A stretch of DNA of 52,402 nucleotides, from positions 1-52,402 of the forward strand of contig JAXGJB010000014.1 of NCBI GenBank assembly GCA_040770465.1, read 5' to 3'. This DNA comes from Methanothrix sp. GTDB taxonomy: Archaea > Halobacteriota > Methanosarcinia > Methanotrichales > Methanotrichaceae. Positions 28,749 to 37,223 of the stretch are shown piece by piece (within the stretch, counting starts at the first letter, position 1; every line of letters begins with the position of its first letter). The notes beneath the pieces were generated by a model, which had not been told where the DNA came from, did not search any database, and saw only the letters and a program-made list of their open reading frames with translations. Position numbers and translations under genes: made by a program.

Positions 28749-29975
28749 TCAGGCCGAGATCACGGCCATGGTCACCAGGATCAGGGACGCCGTCCCAAAG
28801 ACGTCCATCACGCTCGTGATCATGGGTATCGTCACATTGTCGGGGTCGACCCCGATCTTGACGAAGAAATATGTGAAGTAGTATGTGACGACGATGGCAA
28901 TAACGGTGGTGAAAAGACCGGCCACGAGGCATATGAAGACGATCTCGCCGAAACCAAGACCCACAAGGCCAAAGGCCTCCGATACGCCGTAAGCGATGAT
29001 CCCCAGGGTGGGGAAGATCATAATGGATAGGAGAAGGGTGCAGATGAAGTTGGTCCTCGTCTCGCCTTCTGGCCTTCTTCCCATCCTGATCAAGCCCAGG
29101 TGGTAGGCTGAGGTGAGGCGGGAGGATAGGATCCCGCCGAGGTTTCCCCCCTCCGCGTTGAAGACCGGGATCAAAAGAAGGACCACCGACAGGGTGATCA
29201 GCATCTCCTCGGTGAGGCCCATGAAGATCCCGGCGACGGTATCGATGACCATGGCGACCGCCAGAACCGGAAGGGACTGCCTCACAATCCTGGCCATTAT
29301 AATATGCCCCGATCCCAGGCAGTAGACCAGAGCAGCGGTGGAGAACATTATGAAAAGGAGGATCATCACCATCTCGAGGGTGCTGCCCATCTTCGAGACA
29401 ACGATGGCGGAGGCGAAGAGGAGAGGGATGGTGATGACGTCCCCCGCTGCGGTGATGAGGGGCATCGATATGTTGTCGGGGTCCCACCCTTTCTTGAAGC
29501 TCTTGTCGATCATCGAGAGTGTGAAGACCAGAAGGATCGCGCCCGAGAGGAGGCTGCTGATGACGGCGATCAGCACGAGATCGTATATGGTCATCGTCTC
29601 CAGGCCCGCCGCAAGGCCGAACCCCTTAACCACAAAGGCGAGGATCAGAGGCATGAAGAGGGTCTGAACCACAACGCCACCCACCTGCTGGCGGAGGGCT
29701 TCGGACCTCCCCAGGGGGGGCGAGATCTCGCCGGTGTGGAAGCTGGTGCCCAGCCTCGCCCCGAAGGAGGCGAAGATCAGACCCCGGAGGTTTATGGAGC
29801 TTGGTATCAGAATTATCAGGCCGGGGTAGAGGGCCAAAAGGTATGACATCTTGGCTATGGAGAAGCCGGCGAAGATGTCCGCCGCGGCGCAGATGACCAG
29901 GGCAAAAAAGCTCTGTTTTACGATCTTTGAAACGTTTTTCAATGAGGTGAGGCTATTTTTCGCCTCCGATGGCAT
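28749..29975 (-). CDS. MgtE-type integral membrane divalent cation transporter (two MgtE membrane repeats)
   Basis: GWDPDNISMPLITAAGD and GVDPDNVTIPMITSVMD motifs, GGNLGGILSSRL; start uncertain (29975-30131). Confidence 0.85.
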   Translation of the reverse strand: MPSEAKNSLTSLKNVSKIVKQSFFALVICAAADIFAGFSIAKMSYLLALYPGLIILIPSSINLRGLIFASFGARLGTSFHTGEISPPLGRSEALRQQVGGVVVQTLFMPLILAFVVKGFGLAAGLETMTIYDLVLIAVISSLLSGAILLVFTLSMIDKSFKKGWDPDNISMPLITAAGDVITIPLLFASAIVVSKMGSTLEMVMILLFIMFSTAALVYCLGSGHIIMARIVRQSLPVLAVAMVIDTVAGIFMGLTEEMLITLSVVLLLIPVFNAEGGNLGGILSSRLTSAYHLGLIRMGRRPEGETRTNFICTLLLSIMIFPTLGIIAYGVSEAFGLVGLGFGEIVFICLVAGLFTTVIAIVVTYYFTYFFVKIGVDPDNVTIPMITSVMDVFGTASLILVTMAVISA

Positions 29976-30259
29976 GGCCACTAAGAGGGACTGGTCCACA
30001 CCAGCCCGAGGAAGCAACGACAACTCCTCCGCCGCGTCGAACTCCGCCAAAAGCAGCACCTCGCGAAGATCCGGGCGGGGGTTCTGGTTGATGGGCCTCT
30101 TCAGCCATGCCAACGTCCTCCGACATCTCATCCGGGGTTAGCCGGAACCTTTGGCCCTTCCTGAGATATGAAAGCTCCAAAGGTCTCTCGCCATGCGGCC
30201 GGGTTACTTTTCCGACCCGATGATCGTTCCAGCCGACCGTCCATGGCGGCCTGTATCGC

Positions 30260-30649
30260 TTATTCAGACGGGGCCGCTCCCAGAAGCTCTTCAACCGGCT
30301 TTGCGCCACGTTCGGAGATCTTGACGTTGATCTGACCGACGTCGGCCGAGATGTCGCGACCGTGGACCGACTTCCTCTTCCTCCGGCCCTTCTCGGAAGG
30401 GTGGTACCCCGTTCCGCTGGCGATCAGAATCTTCCTCCTCTTGGATCCGGGCAGGTCGCGGCGAAGGGGGAATCCCTCACGGTCGCTTCCACCGGTGATC
30501 TCTACCGAATAGCCCGGCATCCCAACGGCGTCACCGTCGATTACGTCGCCGATCTTTCTGCCCAAAAACTTGTTTGCTGCGGCGTCCTTCGCCTCCACCT
30601 GATAAGCTTTCCCGCTCTGGGGATCTGAAATAACGACTCTGAAGTCCAT
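30260..30649 (-). CDS. rps6e: 30S ribosomal protein S6e
   Basis: FRVVISDP, FLGRKIGD, ITGGSDREGFP, GRRKRKSVHG. Confidence 0.97.
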   Translation of the reverse strand: MDFRVVISDPQSGKAYQVEAKDAAANKFLGRKIGDVIDGDAVGMPGYSVEITGGSDREGFPLRRDLPGSKRRKILIASGTGYHPSEKGRRKRKSVHGRDISADVGQINVKISERGAKPVEELLGAAPSE

Positions 30650-30964
30650 TTTTTCTCCTCGCAACTGAACAGGCCACCACTACGCCCCATCAACATATAA
30701 AACCTTATCCGGGGCCAGGCCGCCACCGGCTCGCGCACTTCAGCCATCGGCAGGCTTCGATGCCCCCCCTTCCCCGTCACCGGTCCGACCTCAGAGATGG
30801 ACGATCTCGGTGCTTTCCGACATGTCGCCGAGGACGGAGCCCACGAAATTGGCAAGGACGGCCGCAAACAGCAACAACAAAGCCATCGCCAGCTGGGCTT
30901 CGCGAATCAAAATCCCCACAAAACGGTCCCACAGCACGACAGATCTTATACTCTGTGGTCAGAT

Positions 30965-31957
30965 TCAGCGGAACTCTTTCATCCTGCCGTAATCTTGAAT
31001 GGAAGATATTGGCATCGTTTTAATATCGATTCCCAGCTCTTCAGCCGCCACCACGCCGTTGACCCCGGCACAGAAGGTTATGCCCACCTTTCCCGCGCCC
31101 ACGGGGCAGCCCATGTTCGGCTCGCCAGGCTCGCTGATCGCCATCAAGCCGCCGATCCCGGATATTTTCGCTTTCTCCAGCAGGTCGTAAGCTTGATCGG
31201 TGGCCGCCACTGGGATCTCTCTCAAGTTGGCCAAAAGGGAGCCGTTCCCAGACTTCACAGCCTCTCCAACCCGGGTCGTCTTTCTTGACATCAAGACCCT
31301 CATTGGGTCGAGAGATGACCCGGCATAAGCTATCAGATCCGTGAACTGCGAAAGGGAACCACCGCTCAACTCAACGACCCCTGCAAAGGTGGAATTCACA
31401 GGAATCCCAGCCCGGAGTAACATTCCATCCACGGTGATGCTGCATACGGTGGAGATTCCGAGATATCCTTTGGGGATCGCGAAGCCCCCCATCTCCTCAC
31501 CTTCGTCCTGGATCAGGACCCTCCCGCTCACCGCAAAGCCAGCATCAAAGACGAGATTCATAATCTCCAGGGCCCTCTCGAAATCCATCTTATACAAAAG
31601 GCTGGTGTTGACCACCACCCAGTTCTTGTCAGAATCGGGATCGAAGCTGGACCGGTACATGTACTCCTCGATCCTGGCATTGACGAAGCCAATTCTATCG
31701 TCCACCAGAGCGTCGGACAGCTCCCGTTTACCAAGGGGCGTGAGGGTTCGGCCGCTGTAACCCTCCTTCTTGGTGAACCCCACCTCGTCCATTATCTTGA
31801 GGTTATACCTTACAGCCCGCTCCCCCACCTCGTACCCCCTGTTGGATAGCTCATCAGAGATGGACCTCGCGCCCATGGGCTTATCCGAGGAGTTTATCAC
31901 CCGGAGGATCTCTATAAGCCGTCTCTGGCTGGTATGGGGTTTGGTGATCAGCTTCAT
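30965..31957 (-). CDS. NrpR-family nitrogen regulator (wHTH plus single DUF128 domain, NrpRI-like)
   Basis: IEILRVI...GARSIS...GERAVRYNL, TVCSITVDG, AYAGSSLDP, LANLRE, GVNGV; start taken at ATG 31957. Confidence 0.85.
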   Translation of the reverse strand: MKLITKPHTSQRRLIEILRVINSSDKPMGARSISDELSNRGYEVGERAVRYNLKIMDEVGFTKKEGYSGRTLTPLGKRELSDALVDDRIGFVNARIEEYMYRSSFDPDSDKNWVVVNTSLLYKMDFERALEIMNLVFDAGFAVSGRVLIQDEGEEMGGFAIPKGYLGISTVCSITVDGMLLRAGIPVNSTFAGVVELSGGSLSQFTDLIAYAGSSLDPMRVLMSRKTTRVGEAVKSGNGSLLANLREIPVAATDQAYDLLEKAKISGIGGLMAISEPGEPNMGCPVGAGKVGITFCAGVNGVVAAEELGIDIKTMPISSIQDYGRMKEFR

Positions 31958-32040
31958 CCGGGAACCCCTGGCGGGGAAGCGCATATATATCTTATGCAGA
32001 TAGATATCGGGACCAAGCTGCAAGCCGAGGGCGACCGGGA

Positions 32041-32113
32041 AGTCCCGTGGGGTAGTGGTCAATCCTGCAGGCCTTTGGAGCCTGGGACGGTGGTTCGAAT
32101 CCGCCCGGGACTA
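32041..32113 (+). tRNA. tRNA-Gln(TTG)
   Basis: AGTCCCG/CGGGACT acceptor stem with the A1-U72 pair typical of archaeal tRNA-Gln, CAGGC-CTTTGGA-GCCTG anticodon arm, GGTTCGAATCC; CCA not encoded. Confidence 0.96.
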
Positions 32114-32254
32114 TCATCTATCTCGCCCTCGGGCCAGCTTACGGGTCCGAAATCAGAAATGTACATATAGAGGGCCAAAGTCTGGGAGATGGTGGCCCAT
32201 CGGCTCAGAAGTCTAACGACGAGCTTCATGTGAGATCGGATCCCGATATAGAGC

Positions 32255-32329
32255 GCTCCGGTAGTGTAGTCCGGCCAATCATTCCGGCCTTTCGAGCCGA
32301 AGACCCGGGTTCAAATCCCGGCCGGAGCA
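32255..32329 (+). tRNA. tRNA-Glu(TTC)
   Basis: GCTCCGG/CCGGAGC acceptor stem, CGGC-CTTTCGA-GCCG anticodon arm, GGTTCAAATCC; followed by a T-tract. Confidence 0.96.
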
Positions 32330-32688
32330 TAGGTTTTTTCGCCCCTTGAAGCCCCGTGACATATCGATGAGGGATTCTGATCCAGGGAGGATTCGTCTCG
32401 TTTGTCGGAGCTGATGGTCGAAGAAGTTGTGCTGCCATATCATGACCCGGCGCGGTTCCTGTGGCACCAGTAATTATATTATCTTTAATTTTTCATAAAT
32501 ATTTTCAGGAGATCTGGACGAAAAAGTATAACTACTTGAAGGCTGAACGTGAACTCATATCACGCTGCCAGAGGGGATAGCCCGCTTGGCAGAGTGAGAT
32601 CTGGGCTGGACTTGCGTTGCCGGTGGGTGAGAGCCCGCTGGGATGCGAGCGCCGCAAATTATCGATCAACAGTATAGGTGGGAGAACA

Positions 32689-33489
32689 ACGAGGAGAGAA
32701 CTAGCTGTTTTGCTGGTAGCCTGCATCGCCCTGGTGGGGATGTCTTGCGCTGCCAACTACATGTACGAGAAGGCCAACATCAAGGGTGTTGGCTACAAGA
32801 ACGTAGAGACCATCATTCAGACCCAACCCGGCCTTAATGGAAACAAGCTGGTCGAGAAGGAGTCTGGAAGCGGAAACGTCATCACCGAGAGGACCGAGAT
32901 CGAGGCCGAGAGGGACTGGAACGGACCCTGGTGCTGCTGGGATCCGTGTGGATCTCCTTATAACACGACAGGTCAGGACCCCTGCGTCATCGACGGTTAT
33001 GACAGTGGTTGCTGCTGCGTCGACTACATCAACTTCAACAAAGAGGCCGAGTTTGAGTACATGCCTGTGAGCTACCAGACCGGCACCTACGACCAGAAGT
33101 GGATCGAGAAGCTCTGTGTCCAGAACTACTACATCGGAGCTGTAGTCGTCGAGATGTACACCCACGCCGAGCACCTCCAGAAGAACACCGAGGTCAAGAC
33201 CAGGCGCGACTGTAACAACTGGAATTCGACCAACTGTGGCTCAAACGGATGCTATGGCTGCGGCAACTGCACTGGGGCTCTTGAGGCGAACTTCAACTCC
33301 AACGTCATCGGTGTAGCCCACATCGGCTGGCTCTCCAAGGACACTGGTGTCAACTGCAAGGGCAGACACTACGAGTGGGGCCGGTCCGTTGAGGACCTGA
33401 CTGGTGTCTTCTCCATCGAGAAGTTCATCCAGCTCTGGGGCAACGGAACCTGTGGCGAAGTCCAGGTTGACTGGCTACCCTGCATCTGA
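32689..33489 (+). CDS. Secreted Cys-rich protein, copy 1 (candidate major sheath protein); ACG at the homologous start position, possibly silent
   Basis: Near-identical to 34010-34813; ACG AGG AGA GAA CTA aligns with ATG AAG AGA GAA CTG of copy 2; 16 Cys in the mature part. Confidence 0.7.
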   Translation, partial: TRRELAVLLVACIALVGMSCAANYMYEKANIKGVGYKNVETIIQTQPGLNGNKLVEKESGSGNVITERTEIEAERDWNGPWCCWDPCGSPYNTTGQDPCVIDGYDSGCCCVDYINFNKEAEFEYMPVSYQTGTYDQKWIEKLCVQNYYIGAVVVEMYTHAEHLQKNTEVKTRRDCNNWNSTNCGSNGCYGCGNCTGALEANFNSNVIGVAHIGWLSKDTGVNCKGRHYEWGRSVEDLTGVFSIEKFIQLWGNGTCGEVQVDWLPCI

Positions 33490-33522
33490 GCGCGGAAGTT
33501 CCCGCTTCCTTTTTCTTTTTTT
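33490..33522 (+). terminator. Short GC-rich segment plus T-tract after copy 1
   Basis: GCGGAAGTTCCCGCTTCC followed by TTTTTCTTTTTT. Confidence 0.55.
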
Positions 33523-33718
33523 ACAATATCTAGCTCAATTAAAAAGATCTGCTCTTTTGGACCATAATTTAGGTCACATCTATCGTGATCTGGTCGCCAT
33601 TCAGGAATCTAAAAGCCACAATTTTCACCTCATAATACGGTCGATGACCGGCCGAAATCCCAGGAAAACGACGACGAAGAAAGCGGGACGACGTGCTCCC
33701 GGAGATGGGCTCGATAGA

Positions 33719-33726
33719 TTTATATG
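33719..33726 (+). promoter_or_regulatory. Candidate TATA box for copy 2
   Basis: TTTATATG preceded by purine-rich bases, ~285 bp upstream of ATG 34010. Confidence 0.4.
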
Positions 33727-34009
33727 CCATCAACCTGAAGAGGAGGATGTGCCTGCCCGAAAGAAGTTTGATACGATTCAAGCTCTCGGATCAGGCTTGA
33801 AGCTCCAAAGGGGGGGTGGTGCAGCTTCTGCTGGAGTATCCCAGCTTGGCGGGACAGAGGAATCCGCCTTTTAGGCGAGCATTTCAAACCGTCCAGTCGG
33901 GCAGAAACTCTGAGGAGCGAAGTTGTGCTCCATCGAAGGACCGCCTTTGCGGCCGGATATGGTGGCACACGAATGAGGGTATAGAATGAAGAACGGAGGT
34001 GGGAACTGA

Positions 34010-34813
34010 ATGAAGAGAGAACTGGCTATTTTACTAGTCATCGGAGTTGCCCTGGTGGGCATGGCTGGCGCTGCAAACTACATGTACGAGAAGGCCAACA
34101 TCAAGGGCGTCGGCTACAAGAACGTAGAGACCATCATTCAGACTCAGCCCGGCCTTAATGGAAACAAGCTGGTCGAGAAGGAGTCTGGAAGCGGAAACGT
34201 CATAACCGAGAGGACCGAGATCGAGGCCGAGAGGGACTTCAACGGACCCTGGTGCTGCTGGGACCCCTGTAACCCCTCAAATGCATCAACGGCCGCTGCA
34301 CCCTGCATCATCGACGGTTATGACAGTGGTTGCTGCTGCGTCGACTACATCAACTTCAACAAAGAGGCCGAGTTTGAGTACATGCCTGTGAGCTACCAGA
34401 CCGGTACCTACGACCAGAAGTGGATCGAGAAACTCTGTGTCCAGAACTACTACATTGGAGCTGTAGTCGTCGAGATGTACACCCACGCCGAGCACCTCCA
34501 GAAGAACACCGAGGTCAAGACCAGGCGCGACTGTAACAACTGGAATGAGACCACCGGCTGTGGCGCGAACGGATGCTACGGCTGCGGCAACTGCACTGGG
34601 GCTCTTGAGGCGAACTTCAACTCCAACGTCATCGGTGTAGCCCACATCGGCTGGCTCTCCAAGGACACTGGTGTCAACTGCAAGGGCAGACACTACGAGT
34701 GGGGCCGGTCCGTTGAGGACCTGACTGGTGTCTTCTCCATCGAGAAGTTCATCCAGCTCTGGGGCAACGGAACCTGTGGCGAAGTCCAGGTTGACTGGCT
34801 ACCCTGCATCTGA
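34010..34813 (+). CDS. Secreted Cys-rich protein, copy 2 (candidate major sheath protein)
   Basis: GGAGGTG RBS, Sec signal peptide (MKRELAILLVIGVALVGMAGA/ANY), 16 Cys, alternating beta-strand pattern, 4 N-x-S/T sequons, no TM anchor. Confidence 0.8.
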   Translation: MKRELAILLVIGVALVGMAGAANYMYEKANIKGVGYKNVETIIQTQPGLNGNKLVEKESGSGNVITERTEIEAERDFNGPWCCWDPCNPSNASTAAAPCIIDGYDSGCCCVDYINFNKEAEFEYMPVSYQTGTYDQKWIEKLCVQNYYIGAVVVEMYTHAEHLQKNTEVKTRRDCNNWNETTGCGANGCYGCGNCTGALEANFNSNVIGVAHIGWLSKDTGVNCKGRHYEWGRSVEDLTGVFSIEKFIQLWGNGTCGEVQVDWLPCI

Positions 34814-34824
34814 GCGAACGAGTA

Positions 34825-34864
34825 GATTCGGGTGCTCAGCATCCGAATCAACACAACTTTTTTT
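34825..34864 (+). terminator. Hairpin plus T-tract after copy 2
   Basis: GATTCGGGTGCT...AGCATCCGAATC inverted repeat (34825-34849), then TTTTTTT. Confidence 0.65.
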
Positions 34865-34998
34865 ATATCACATCTCTTTCAGGGCGCCTTCTGACCAAAA
34901 CACTGAAATATTAGCCCTACATTAAATATGCAAGTAGTTCGTCTCATGAAGAAGAGACAGACGATTTAAATTCAGAATAGGAAGGGGGTGCAAGTAAA

Positions 34999-35691
34999 AT
35001 GAAGGGAGTAATAGCGATACTGTTAGCGCTTGCATTGGCGTGTAGCTTAGCCGTAGCCAACCCGCCATTGAAAGAACCAAAACAGTATGAGCAGTTTTGT
35101 GAGCACCAGCTGGTCAGCGGGACCGGCTACGTCGACGTGGCAACCTCTATCGTCGACAAGAAGATAGCTCTTGAGTACTACGACATGATGTCAGGTGACG
35201 GCACTCTGGAGATGGATGCCGTACACGTCTATTCCCAGAACGCTACTCTGCTTGAGAGAGAATTGGTTAACAACAGTGACTGCGTCAACAAATCCGATCA
35301 GACGCTGAACTTCTTTGAGAACACCAAGCTCACCTTCGAGATCAGGAACGCTCCGCTCCAGGGCGGGAAGTTCATACACTCCAAGGCGTTCTACGGAGGC
35401 ATAGGCGCGAACATCCAGGAGATGTTCAGCGTTAACGAGATGGAGAAGGATCAGACCGCCTTCTTCGGCTCGACTGTGAACTCCAGCATGACACATACAG
35501 TAGGACTCAATACTCTGAACAGCTTCAATGGGACCTGGGGAACCGACTCCTCGATGCACAAGATCTTCTACAAGGATATAAAGAGCCATGAGCTCTTCAG
35601 CGGTGACTTCGAGGTCCAGAAGGAGATCAAGTTCCACGAGGCTCCGATCCCAGAAGACCGAGTATGTCCATGTGCGGGAGTAGACTGCTGA
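34999..35691 (+). CDS. Secreted beta-rich protein, distant paralog of the two upstream genes
   Basis: Signal peptide; VSGTGY, MSGDGTL, ELFSGDFEVQKEIKF motifs parallel those of copies 1 and 2; Cys tail VCPCAGVDC. Confidence 0.75.
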   Translation: MKGVIAILLALALACSLAVANPPLKEPKQYEQFCEHQLVSGTGYVDVATSIVDKKIALEYYDMMSGDGTLEMDAVHVYSQNATLLERELVNNSDCVNKSDQTLNFFENTKLTFEIRNAPLQGGKFIHSKAFYGGIGANIQEMFSVNEMEKDQTAFFGSTVNSSMTHTVGLNTLNSFNGTWGTDSSMHKIFYKDIKSHELFSGDFEVQKEIKFHEAPIPEDRVCPCAGVDC

Positions 35692-35831
35692 GAGAGCGGT
35701 CTACCCAATTCTCTTATTTTTGCGGCGGGAAGCTGTATTGGATTCCCATACCTGAAATACGTGGGATTCTGGCGGCGGGAATTGAGATACAAGGCCTTTG
35801 TCGCAAGCAATTTCATCATGGGGGTTAAAGA

Positions 35832-36908
35832 GTGAAGATATATCTGATGGTGCTTCTGCTTCTCTCGGCCCAGACTGCCTTTGCCACCGTTGAAGAGACG
35901 AGGGATGGCCCGGATTCAACGTGGGAATTGGAGGCTACTGCAACCGAACCCGTCTGGCCCTCAGTGCAGGGGACCATGGGGAGGCTCAGCGTTTCTGTTG
36001 AATTGTCTGGCCCCACCACTTCCGGGAATAACCTCAATTACGCAACGCCAGGAAAGACGCAGGAGTACATCGTCACCGTGGAGAATTCAGGGTGGACAGA
36101 TGTGGATGCCAGGCTCGCAGTGGTTCCCAATAGCTGCAATCTCGGCTGGTTCGGATGGACCGAGAAGACCCTGACCGTTCCGGCTGGCAGCGTTGCAACG
36201 GAGACGTTAACCGTCACTCCGGGCATGGAGGCATCCCCAGGAGATTACGAGTTCCAGGTCCAGGCATCCGCCTCAAACTGCAGGTCAGGGTCCGACGCAG
36301 CCAGATTCAAGCTTCAGAACTACGATTACGTCTCGGAGACCTCGGTCAGCGGAATCGGCCAGTTCACGATGAACAAAGACGTCAGGAGCATGAACACCGG
36401 AGTCAAGTCTAACAAGAACATATACTTCAGCGGCAGCGTGGACACGCTGATGAAGAATGAGTATCTGGTCGAAGATGCGAAGGGAGAAAACCCCAACTTC
36501 CAGGAGTGCGACGCCGTAGACAACTATGTGGCTTTAAACCAGGGCGACACCCTGATGGGCACCGAGTCCGTCAAGAGTTCCTTCGTCTTCGGAGGGGTGG
36601 GCGCAAGGGTACATGAAAGCTATAATCTCCAAGAGATGGAGTACGAGCTCCAGCAGATCGATTTCCACCACACCGGATTCAACAGGAGGGCAGAGTTCCG
36701 GACCGCCGACAACTTCACCGGATTCATGGCCATCGACGCCAAGCAGACGATTCCTGGCCAGAGGAGCACCAAAGAACGCGAAGAGTTCCTGGGATCCTTC
36801 GAAATTCAGAGAAGGCTGGTCTTCAAGGACAACCCGGCACCTAAATTCGGCTGTTTCGACGGCTCATGCTTCAACTTCGCCGATCGCTTCAAAGCCCTAT
36901 CGAGCTGA
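35832..36908 (+). CDS. Secreted protein: Ig-like (NEW3/COG1470-like) domain fused to the same beta-rich domain
   Basis: GTG start, signal peptide, PGKTQEYIVTVENSG...LTVTPG...PGDYEFQVQA, then VSGIGQF...EEFLGSFEIQRRLVF. Confidence 0.72.
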   Translation: MKIYLMVLLLLSAQTAFATVEETRDGPDSTWELEATATEPVWPSVQGTMGRLSVSVELSGPTTSGNNLNYATPGKTQEYIVTVENSGWTDVDARLAVVPNSCNLGWFGWTEKTLTVPAGSVATETLTVTPGMEASPGDYEFQVQASASNCRSGSDAARFKLQNYDYVSETSVSGIGQFTMNKDVRSMNTGVKSNKNIYFSGSVDTLMKNEYLVEDAKGENPNFQECDAVDNYVALNQGDTLMGTESVKSSFVFGGVGARVHESYNLQEMEYELQQIDFHHTGFNRRAEFRTADNFTGFMAIDAKQTIPGQRSTKEREEFLGSFEIQRRLVFKDNPAPKFGCFDGSCFNFADRFKALSS

Positions 36909-36945
36909 GCATGAGCACCCATTTTATTTAAACTATAAAATAGAG

Positions 36946-37030
36946 CGCCGAGGGAGGGATTCGAACCCTCGAGTCCCGAAGGGACACAGGTTTAGCAAAC
37001 CTGCGCCATACCAGGCTTGGCTACCTCGAC
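36946..37030 (-). tRNA. tRNA-Ser(GCT)
   Basis: Minus strand GTCGAGG...CAGGT-TTGCTAA-ACCTG, long variable arm GTCCCTTCGGGAC, GGTTCGAATCC, G discriminator. Confidence 0.95.
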
Positions 37031-37223
37031 TCTGCCCCATCTTGATTCTCTCGATATTTAAATTCTGCGTCAGGGAGCCCATTCCTCCGGAGCTCAGATG
37101 CTGGAGTGCACCTCCCAGAATTCACCAGGACCGCCTCCAGAGGAAGAGACCAACCCTGGTGATACCTGCTCAGGCGAATAAGAGATCCCGTCATCCCCAG
37201 ATCAGCGCCCAAAATTGAGGAGC

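Noticed and set aside
29980-30259. SRP RNA or RNase P RNA in the rps6e-transporter gap
   Set aside because: Neither the SRP helix-8 motif nor the RNase P GAGGAAAGUCC motif was found on either strand; may be UTR or an N-terminal extension
32751-34813. Diversity-generating retroelement (TR/VR pair)
   Set aside because: Differences between the copies are not adenine-specific and include an indel, the repeat spans whole genes, and no reverse transcriptase is in the window
32255-37030. tRNA-anchored integrated element between tRNA-Glu and tRNA-Ser
   Set aside because: No integrase and no duplicated tRNA 3' end found; cargo codon usage resembles the host S-layer gene
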